This document shows positions 1 through 6,666 of a stretch of 64,000 nt of DNA, piece after piece. This DNA comes from Robiginitomaculum sp. (GTDB taxonomy: Bacteria; Pseudomonadota; Alphaproteobacteria; Caulobacterales; Maricaulaceae), in NCBI GenBank assembly GCA_021776525.1, contig JAJFFT010000004.1, positions 344,499 through 408,498 on the forward strand, written 5' to 3'. How positions within the stretch are numbered: the first letter of the stretch is position 1; every line of letters starts with the position of its first letter. The notes under the pieces are model-generated. The model worked only from the letters and a program-made list of their open reading frames with translations. It was not told the origin of the DNA and made no database searches. The position numbers and the translations under genes are program-made.

Positions 1-640
1 ACAAATGTGCGCGCAAGACAATATGCAGGTCGCCAATTGCACTACGCCGGCCAATTACTTTCACATTTTGCGCCGCCAGATCCATCGCAAGTTTCGCAAA
101 CCGCTGATCCTGATGACGCCCAAATCGCTCTTGCGCCATAAACGTTGTGTCTCGGACCTTAATGAGCTTGGCGCACGTTCGTCCTTTCACCGTGTGTTGT
201 GGGACGACGCGCAGATCAAGGCGCGTCGCGCCGACGTCAAATTGTGCGCCGACAAGGATATCAAACGCGTAGTTCTGTGTTCGGGCAAGGTCTATTACGA
301 TCTGTTTGAAGAGCGCGAAAAACGCGGGCTGAACAATATCTATCTGATGCGGGTCGAACAGCTTTACCCCTTTCCGGCCAAATCCCTGATCACCGAGCTG
401 TCGCGTTTCAAAAATGCCGACATGGTCTGGTGCCAGGAAGAGCCCAAAAATATGGGGGCCTGGTTCTTTATGGAACCTAATCTGGAATGGGTGTTGAACA
501 AGATCGAAGCGCGTGTGCGACGTCCGCATTATGCGGGACGTTCGGCCTCGGCCTCAACCGCCGCCGGAACCATGGGCCAGCATCTGGCCGAACTGAACGC
601 CTTTATGGATGAAGCTCTAACATTGGAAAAAACATCATGA
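1..640 (+). CDS. sucA: 2-oxoglutarate dehydrogenase E1 component, C-terminal fragment (gene starts upstream of the window)
   Basis: The reading frame is open from the window edge. The translation ([39 protein letters not shown]...[12 protein letters not shown]) matches the conserved C-terminus of E1o. Its stop overlaps the sucB start (ATGA at 637-640). Confidence 0.9.
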   Translation, partial: QMCAQDNMQVANCTTPANYFHILRRQIHRKFRKPLILMTPKSLLRHKRCVSDLNELGARSSFHRVLWDDAQIKARRADVKLCADKDIKRVVLCSGKVYYDLFEEREKRGLNNIYLMRVEQLYPFPAKSLITELSRFKNADMVWCQEEPKNMGAWFFMEPNLEWVLNKIEARVRRPHYAGRSASASTAAGTMGQHLAELNAFMDEALTLEKTS

Positions 641-2109
641 CCAACATTGCAGTCCCAGCGCTGGGCGAGAGCGTCACCGAAGCCATTGTTGCCGACTGGA
701 AAGTTGGCGAGGGCGATGCGGTTACCAAAGATCAATTGCTGGTCGAACTGGAAACCGACAAGGTCTCGCTGGAAGTTAGCGCCCCGACCGATGGGGTGAT
801 CAGCTCTATCGCCGCCAAAGAGGGCGAAGAGGTTGGCATTGGCGCGCTTTTGGCTGTGCTCGAAGAAGGTCTGAAGGCCAGTGCGGCTCCAGCCAAAAAA
901 GGCACAGCACCCAAAGACGCGGCACCAGAGGCATCCGGCGCGGTTATTGATATTGCCATCCCGCAAATGGGCGAAAGTGTTGGCGAAGGCGTGATTGCCA
1001 CATGGATGGTTGCGGTCGGCGAAACGGTCAAAAAAGATGCGCCGCTGGTCGAGGTGGAAACCGACAAAGTGGCGATCGAGGTTCCATCCCCTGTGGATGG
1101 TGTAATGGTCGAACATTTGGTGAGCGAGGGCGATACCGTGGCTGTGGGTTCGGTTATTGCACGGGTTTCCAAAGGCGGTTCCGCCAGCGCCCCTACACCC
1201 GCCGCCGCACCGGCCCCGGCGGTCCCGGCGGCCAATGACAGTGCGCCCAAAGCCATGCCTTCGGCGGCCCGCGTAATGGCAGAAAAAGGCGTTGATCCGG
1301 CCAGTGTTTCCGGCACCGGAAAAGGTGGCCGCATAACCAAGGGTGATGCCTTGGCGGCCAGTGCAGCCCCGGCCCCAGCAACAGCTGCGGCTGCGCCCCG
1401 TGATACCGGCCCGCGCGAAGAACGGGTGCGCATGTCGCGCCTGCGCCAGACCATCGCCAAACGCCTCAAAGAAGCCCAGAACACCGCCGCCATGCTGACC
1501 ACATTTAACGAGGTCGATATGAGCGCCATTATGGCGTCACGTGGCAAATACAAAGACCTGTTTGCCAAAAAGCATGGCATAAAACTGGGTTTCATGTCGT
1601 TCTTTGTGAAGGCCTGTGTGACCGCATTAAAAGACGTGCCAGAAGTTAATGCCGAGATCGACGGCACCGATTTAATCTATAAAAATCATTATGATATCGG
1701 CGTTGCCGTTGGTACAGAAAAAGGCCTTGTGGTGCCCGTTGTGCGCGATTGTGATGCGCTTTCTATGGGCCAGGTTGAGCTTGGCATTTCTGCTCTGGCC
1801 AAAAAAGCTCGCGATGGCAAACTGACTATGGATGATATGACCGGGGCCACCTTCACCATCACCAATGGCGGGGTTTATGGCTCGTTGATGTCGACGCCGA
1901 TCCTCAATGCCCCCCAAAGCGGCATTTTGGGTATGCACGCCATCAAGGAACGCCCAATTGTGGTGGATGGAGAAATGGTTATCCGGCCAATGATGTATCT
2001 GGCGCTCTCTTATGATCACCGTGTGGTCGATGGCAAAGGCGCGGTGACGTTCCTTGTCCGCATCAAAGAATGCCTGGAAGACCCGGAACGCCTGTTGTTT
2101 GATTTGTAG
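637..2109 (+). CDS. sucB: dihydrolipoyllysine-residue succinyltransferase (E2o) with two tandem lipoyl domains
   Basis: 490 aa. It has two lipoyl domains, each with the ETDK lipoyl-lysine motif ([13 protein letters not shown] and [13 protein letters not shown]), Ala/Pro-rich linkers, a peripheral subunit-binding segment, and a C-terminal acyltransferase domain with the DHRVVDG active-site motif. Confidence 0.95.
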   Translation: MTNIAVPALGESVTEAIVADWKVGEGDAVTKDQLLVELETDKVSLEVSAPTDGVISSIAAKEGEEVGIGALLAVLEEGLKASAAPAKKGTAPKDAAPEASGAVIDIAIPQMGESVGEGVIATWMVAVGETVKKDAPLVEVETDKVAIEVPSPVDGVMVEHLVSEGDTVAVGSVIARVSKGGSASAPTPAAAPAPAVPAANDSAPKAMPSAARVMAEKGVDPASVSGTGKGGRITKGDALAASAAPAPATAAAAPRDTGPREERVRMSRLRQTIAKRLKEAQNTAAMLTTFNEVDMSAIMASRGKYKDLFAKKHGIKLGFMSFFVKACVTALKDVPEVNAEIDGTDLIYKNHYDIGVAVGTEKGLVVPVVRDCDALSMGQVELGISALAKKARDGKLTMDDMTGATFTITNGGVYGSLMSTPILNAPQSGILGMHAIKERPIVVDGEMVIRPMMYLALSYDHRVVDGKGAVTFLVRIKECLEDPERLLFDL

Positions 2110-2175
2110 GGGCAATGCACACCTTCCCCCCACAGTGAAGTGGTATGATTTGAAAAGACGGATCGGCACACAGGC

Positions 2176-2361
2176 CTAGTCTTTGTCTATTGGCGTGTAC
2201 TCATTCACTTCGATATGAAGAGTTTCAATTGGGCCGATACGTAAACGCTTGAAAGATGCTTTTTTGGTCAAAATAGGACCAGAGACATCCTCGCGTTTGC
2301 GCAGGCTGTTGAATAATTTCAAAAAATACGAAATGAACAAGCACCATGGAATATTTTCCAT
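2176..2361 (-). CDS. hypothetical small protein (61 aa, hydrophobic N-terminus, basic middle)
   Basis: An internal ATG of the 92-aa track ORF lies 7 nt downstream of a GGAG (UGGAGCACCCAUG) and just downstream of an intrinsic terminator on the same strand. I recognise no family, and the region looks AT-rich. Confidence 0.25.
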   Translation of the reverse strand: MENIPWCLFISYFLKLFNSLRKREDVSGPILTKKASFKRLRIGPIETLHIEVNEYTPIDKD

Positions 2362-2373
2362 GGGTGCTCCATT

Positions 2374-2396
2374 AAAAAAGCCCGCCAATGGCGGGC
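2374..2396 (-). terminator. rho-independent terminator (minus strand)
   Basis: On the minus strand a GCCCGCC-AUU-GGCGGGC hairpin is followed directly by UUUUUU (plus-strand A-run 2374-2379, stem 2380-2396). Confidence 0.6.
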
Positions 2397-2477
2397 CGGA
2401 TATTGGGAAATTTCCCAATGCTGTGCGGCCGGGGGAAATGGTTGGGAGAATCACCTTCCCATTTCTCCGAGCTTCTA
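2374..2477 (-). ncRNA. candidate about-100-nt structured RNA (sRNA or 5' leader); ends approximate
   Basis: A minus-strand promoter-like TTGACA (2507-2512) is followed by a 17-nt spacer and TATCGG (2484-2489). The transcript would contain a 10-bp imperfect hairpin (GGAGAAAUGG/CCAUUUCCCC, 2434-2470), an alternative GGAGAA/UUCUCC pairing, the perfect 18-nt palindrome AUUGGGAAAUUUCCCAAU (2401-2418), and the terminator at 2374-2396. Confidence 0.3.
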
Positions 2478-2602
2478 TTTAGTCCGATAAAACAATAATA
2501 ATTTACTGTCAAGCGATAAATTGCTACTCTTGTAAGGAATACCTATCGTTTTGTGCGAAATTACGTTATACATTGTGCAACAAAATTGTGATGAGGTGTG
2601 AA

Positions 2603-2869
2603 ATGACCAAATCAACCGTAGGGTTGCGTCTGGATGACCAAACGCAAAACCGGTTAAAGAAGCTGGGTGTAGTGCGGGATCGTTCGCCGCATTATTTAAT
2701 GAAACAGGCGGTTGAACAGTTTTTAAGCCGGGAAGAAGAAATTGAGGCTGAAGATGCGCTGTTGAACGCCCGCTGGGACAAATTCGCCTTGACCGGCGAG
2801 TCGTATTCCCATGACGAGGCGCAAACCAGAATAGCCAACATGATAAAATCCCGTCGCACCCAAGCATGA
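2603..2869 (+). CDS. ribbon-helix-helix antitoxin (ParD/CopG-like) of a type II TA pair
   Basis: 88 aa, starting at an ATG preceded by GAGG. The N-terminus (KSTVGLRLDDQTQNRLKKLGVVRDRSPHYLMKQAVEQFL) is typical of an RHH fold. There is a 4-nt ATGA overlap with the downstream toxin gene. Confidence 0.8.
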   Translation: MTKSTVGLRLDDQTQNRLKKLGVVRDRSPHYLMKQAVEQFLSREEEIEAEDALLNARWDKFALTGESYSHDEAQTRIANMIKSRRTQA

Positions 2870-3147
2870 ATGTGCGTTGGAGCGATGGCGCATTAGAGGA
2901 TTTAGAACGGCTTTATGATTTTATCGCGCTGCATAATGCGGATGCTGCGCAAAAAGCCATGCATACTATATTTGAAGCAGTTGCTTTATTAGGAAACTAT
3001 CCAGAAGCTGGTCGCATTCGCCCTTCCAATCGTCAGTTTCGGGAATTTGCTGTAAAGTTTGGTGCCCGCGGTTATATGGTACGGTATCGTATCCATGATG
3101 ATGTGGTCATCATCGTCCGTGTCTGGCACGTGCACGAAAACAGTTAG
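2866..3147 (+). CDS. RelE/ParE family toxin
   Basis: 93 aa. The pattern ALEDLERLYDFI...EAGR...REF.V...YMVRYRI.DDVVIIVRVWHV is typical of the ParE/RelE fold. It is translationally coupled to the upstream RHH gene. Confidence 0.85.
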   Translation: MNVRWSDGALEDLERLYDFIALHNADAAQKAMHTIFEAVALLGNYPEAGRIRPSNRQFREFAVKFGARGYMVRYRIHDDVVIIVRVWHVHENS

Positions 3148-3152
3148 GTTGT

Positions 3153-3602
3153 TTAATCCCTTGCCGCATCCAGCACTTCGCGCAGGCGCACTAAAAATGG
3201 CAAGGCATCAGCAAATTCCTCAACGCTAAAGGACGATAAAGCCTGCTGCATCACAGGGGTGATGGCCGCCAGTGCCCGCCCGTGCATGGCCACGCCCGCA
3301 TCGGTAATGCACACCTGTTTGCCGCGCCCGTCTTGTGGATCGGCGGTCATGCTGATCAGCCCGCGCGCCGACAGACGGCTCAACGTGTTGGTCATCGCCC
3401 CCTTGGTCACCTGAAAGGCGCGTGCCAATTCTGTTGGGCTTTGGGCCGTATCACGGCGCAAGAAATGGCTGAGCACCCCAAAATGTGCCATGCGCAGGCC
3501 ATCAGGCAGCGCCCGTTCCAATGCGTTCTGGCTCAGCTGGCTGATAATGCCAATTTCTGTAAAAACGGCAAAGGTGGGATCTGGGTCAGGGGGAATACTC
3601 AT
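3153..3602 (-). CDS. MarR family transcriptional regulator
   Basis: 149 aa with a winged-HTH signature (LSHFLRRDTAQSPTELARAFQVTKGAMTNTLSRLSARGLISMTADPQDGRGKQV). Its start overlaps the upstream gene's stop (ATGA at 3599-3602). Confidence 0.9.
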   Translation of the reverse strand: MSIPPDPDPTFAVFTEIGIISQLSQNALERALPDGLRMAHFGVLSHFLRRDTAQSPTELARAFQVTKGAMTNTLSRLSARGLISMTADPQDGRGKQVCITDAGVAMHGRALAAITPVMQQALSSFSVEEFADALPFLVRLREVLDAARD

Positions 3603-4735
3603 GCCTGTATTAATTTTGCCTCCAGGGGCCAGCGGGGGGCGGGCACCACGGGTTTAGCATAGCCGATCCGCGCAAACATTTGAATACGGGCACCGTCTTC
3701 TATGTCCAGTAAATGGTGGATCAGTCCCAGTGCTTCCTGCATTTCTACATACTCCTGCAAAGCCTGACTGAGCGGATGCATGGCAAGGCCATGGGCTGTG
3801 GCGTTTAGGTTGAGGCGTAAATAGGCGGCCCCGGCTTTGATCTGATCCAGGCGGGTGTTGGCTGGTGTATTGACCCAGACAAAGCCATGGGCGCTTTTGA
3901 TACCTCTGGCGTAGTCTTCACGTCCGGTGCGAAACATGGCCGAATCCATATCGGCAAGGTTCTTGCGCGTTAAAAAGCCCAATCGGTGCAAGGCCTCTTT
4001 CATGGGACCTTCCAGCGCAATGCCATCAGGAGTTTCGTTGTTCTCGCGCGCGCCAATACGCATGACATCCACGCTTTCCATATAGGTGCGCGGGGTATCA
4101 AACTCGATATTCGAGGCAATGACGGTAATGTCCTGTAAGCGGGCCACTGGTTCTGGCGCATTGGTGAAACCAGCCAAGATGCCCTCACCCAGATCGTGGG
4201 TAATGGCCTCTAGCGTCTGTGACGAGGGTACTTGTTCCGTGTAAAGGGTGCGGTTGGTGCGTCGGTTCAAAATATGCGCAAAATAGGGGGAGGGTATAGC
4301 CTGTTCCAACGGACTTAGGCGTAAGTGAGCCACAGGTCTGGCATCAAGTTTTTTATCGTCATAGCCATCAGGAAAAGCGGTGATGTCGGCCTTAAAGCCA
4401 AATTCCTGTGCGGCAATGCGGAACTGTTCCAGAAAACAGCCAAGGCCAATGGTGATTTGACGGCTATAAGGGTCTGTTTCTGGCAATAAACGATCAAGAT
4501 CACACATCAGTGTGGCTTGGGTTTCCGAGGTCAACTCAACCACCCATGGCTGTTTATTGTGGGGGTTTGGTGCCAGCAAAGCATAGGAAAGTGAGCGGCG
4601 CATAGGGTCGCTATAGCTATCGGTGGCGCGCCAGGGCAGGCGGGCGCTGTCTGCACCAGTGGAGCAGGCCGTGGCGGGCAAAATAATTGCTGAGCTGCCT
4701 GCAATTTTGAGAAAGTTACGCCGATTGACTGACAT
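3599..4735 (-). CDS. Tat-signal nitroreductase-superfamily (Acg-like) FMN oxidoreductase
   Basis: I chose the start at MSVNRRNFLKIAGSSAIILPATACS (twin-arginine motif, GGAGA Shine-Dalgarno upstream). The body contains LLAPNPHNKQPW and related motifs typical of two-domain nitroreductase-like proteins. Confidence 0.8.
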   Translation of the reverse strand: MSVNRRNFLKIAGSSAIILPATACSTGADSARLPWRATDSYSDPMRRSLSYALLAPNPHNKQPWVVELTSETQATLMCDLDRLLPETDPYSRQITIGLGCFLEQFRIAAQEFGFKADITAFPDGYDDKKLDARPVAHLRLSPLEQAIPSPYFAHILNRRTNRTLYTEQVPSSQTLEAITHDLGEGILAGFTNAPEPVARLQDITVIASNIEFDTPRTYMESVDVMRIGARENNETPDGIALEGPMKEALHRLGFLTRKNLADMDSAMFRTGREDYARGIKSAHGFVWVNTPANTRLDQIKAGAAYLRLNLNATAHGLAMHPLSQALQEYVEMQEALGLIHHLLDIEDGARIQMFARIGYAKPVVPAPRWPLEAKLIQA

Positions 4736-4775
4736 GAGGTCTCCATTCTTTGTGGGCCGGGGAGGGCATTTATAA

Positions 4776-4814
4776 TTCAACGTTAAACTAATAACATAAA
4801 GTTCAACGTTAAAC
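4776..4814. promoter_or_regulatory. two copies of TTCAACGTTAAAC (26-bp period), a candidate MarR operator
   Basis: Exact 13-mers lie at 4776-4788 and 4802-4814. Each is an imperfect palindrome around AACGTT. They sit 40-80 nt upstream of the nitroreductase-MarR operon start. Confidence 0.45.
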
Positions 4815-4869
4815 AATGCGTGTTCACAAGAAAATTGGCTGATGGTTAAAGGTCGGTATCTGGCTGTGC

Positions 4870-6459
4870 TCAGAGATAGGTGCTGGGGCAGTCCGGGTCG
4901 TCACGATAGCGGCAGGCATTGGCCAGATTTTCATCACAAAACGTGCACAGCGCCTTGGGGTGGGGCTGGGTGATGGTGTCGTTTTCGATGCGAAAACCCT
5001 GGGCGCGGAATTTTTTCAAAGTGCGTGAAAAAGTTTCCGGGGTCATGTCCAGATAAGAGGCGATCAGAGATTTGTCATAAGGCAGGCGAATTGCCGTTGT
5101 GTTTTCACTGCCTTCTTCAATACCCAGTTTTAACAAATACCAGCCGACGCGTTCCGATGCATTACGCAGACGCGAATGTTCGATCTGTTGGATCAAATGC
5201 TGTGAACGCATGGACAGACTGCCAATCATGTTCAGCGCAAAGGCATTGTTGTCTTGCAAAATCTGACGCACCACTGGTGCAGGCAGGGACAGAAGCGTGG
5301 CTTTTTCTACGACCTGGGCACTGGCCACCGAAGGAATGTTGAGCAAGATAGCGGCTTCCATGATGCTGTCACCGGCCGAAAGCATTTGCAAAACAGCCTC
5401 ATCGCCCGCATCAGAGCCTTTGAATAATTTTACCCATCCCGAAAGGATGAGATAGAAGCGTGATAATGGTTCAGACTGTAAAAACAGCAGTTTTCCCTTT
5501 TCGCACTCCTGGATCGTGGCGTGCGTCAGCAAAGATGTCAGTTCTTTCTCCTCCAGCTTTGAAAGCGCTGGCAAGGCCCGGATTAACGGCATGTGCCGTT
5601 CCAGGCTGGTGGAGAGGGTTGGGGGTTTGACCGCTCGCCTTTGAGGCTGGCTGAGGATAACAGGGGCGGCAACCAGTGTGTTGACCAGTTCGGCCTCGAC
5701 CAGTTTTAACCGTTCAATTTTTCCGGTCAGCAGCTCGAACCAGGTGATCGGGGAAATAGTTTCCAGCTCTTTGGCTCGCGCATCACTGGCCAGCATGTCA
5801 TGCAGGTCTTCGACAAACTGCATGACATAACCGGACGTCACCTTTTCAACCATTTCGCGTTGTGCAGGCGAGGCGAGTGACACAAAGGCGCGTTTATAGG
5901 CGCCCTGTTCATCAATCAGGGTCAGCATGCGTTCGGAAAATTCGCGATTCTTGAACACCTGGCTGCAAAACCCATGAGCGCCCCAGGCGCGTTCCCGGCC
6001 GACGCGCTCCTTCCACTGCAATAAATTGGCATAGGCCGTTGCCGCGGTCGGGGTCGCGCTGGTGACATGCAGGGCGATTTCAATCTGTGTGTCCAAGATC
6101 GGGCTGAGCGTCGTGTAGGTGTAGAAGTTGACGGCCCGTGCGAAAGATAACGCAAATTGATCAACACGGTGTCTGTGGGTGGACAAATCCTGAGCCGTGC
6201 CCAGTATTTCCAACACTTTTTGCAGCGTTGCCGCACCAATGCTAGTGGCCAGTTCCGGTGTGTTGCAAACCGTCTGCAAAGCCTCGGCGGCGGCGTTGGT
6301 CTCCAGACGTTGCTGGCGCAGCTCATCCGAGAAAATCTCACCATCGCTGTCGACAAAAAGTGCCGTGCAGCCGCGTTCCAATTGTAATTGGTGCGCCAGC
6401 CCGCCCAATTTCAGCAGCACAGAAATCGTGACAGGTCCGAGTGTGACATTGTTGTCCAT
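4870..6459 (-). CDS. Crp/Fnr-family regulator with an N-terminal NIT (nitrate/nitrite-sensing) domain and a C-terminal CX2CX7CX7C tail
   Basis: 529 aa from the ATG at 6459 (a TTG at 6480 is also possible). The N-terminal 260 aa or so carry NIT-like motifs (LQLERGCTALF, LLQWKERVGRERAWG, ITWFELLTGKIERLKLVE). A cNMP-binding-like barrel follows, then an HTH with the FNR-type ETFSR motif, then the Cys-rich tail LCTFCDENLANACRYRDDPDC. Confidence 0.85.
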   Translation of the reverse strand: MDNNVTLGPVTISVLLKLGGLAHQLQLERGCTALFVDSDGEIFSDELRQQRLETNAAAEALQTVCNTPELATSIGAATLQKVLEILGTAQDLSTHRHRVDQFALSFARAVNFYTYTTLSPILDTQIEIALHVTSATPTAATAYANLLQWKERVGRERAWGAHGFCSQVFKNREFSERMLTLIDEQGAYKRAFVSLASPAQREMVEKVTSGYVMQFVEDLHDMLASDARAKELETISPITWFELLTGKIERLKLVEAELVNTLVAAPVILSQPQRRAVKPPTLSTSLERHMPLIRALPALSKLEEKELTSLLTHATIQECEKGKLLFLQSEPLSRFYLILSGWVKLFKGSDAGDEAVLQMLSAGDSIMEAAILLNIPSVASAQVVEKATLLSLPAPVVRQILQDNNAFALNMIGSLSMRSQHLIQQIEHSRLRNASERVGWYLLKLGIEEGSENTTAIRLPYDKSLIASYLDMTPETFSRTLKKFRAQGFRIENDTITQPHPKALCTFCDENLANACRYRDDPDCPSTYL

Positions 6460-6579
6460 GATACTCGTGCGCCTTCCCAAAACTCAGTGGAGTTTAGACC
6501 ATGGTGAAACAGACTCAAACCATTAAACCCCGATCAATAGCAGATAATGCGGGAGCCATTTTGCTGCGTCCGGTAAAAC

Positions 6580-6593
6580 TTGATGTATGTCAA
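6580..6593. promoter_or_regulatory. FNR/FixK-type box TTGATgtatGTCAA in the divergent regulator/narK1 promoter region
   Basis: It matches the TTGAT-N4-ATCAA consensus at 9 of 10 positions. Its centre is about 80 nt upstream of the narK1 ATG and about 125 nt upstream of the regulator ATG. Confidence 0.55.
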
Positions 6594-6666
6594 ACCGGTC
6601 TTCCTTATTCGGGGCTACAAGGCGCACAAATCAGCAAGTCTTTTTGAGTTTTTTGGAGGGCGTACA

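Noticed and set aside
732-1667. 311-aa ORF antisense to sucB.
   Set aside because: It lies entirely inside the well-supported sucB frame. The Ala/Ser/Thr/Pro-rich, low-complexity translation is typical of shadow ORFs in GC-rich coding DNA.
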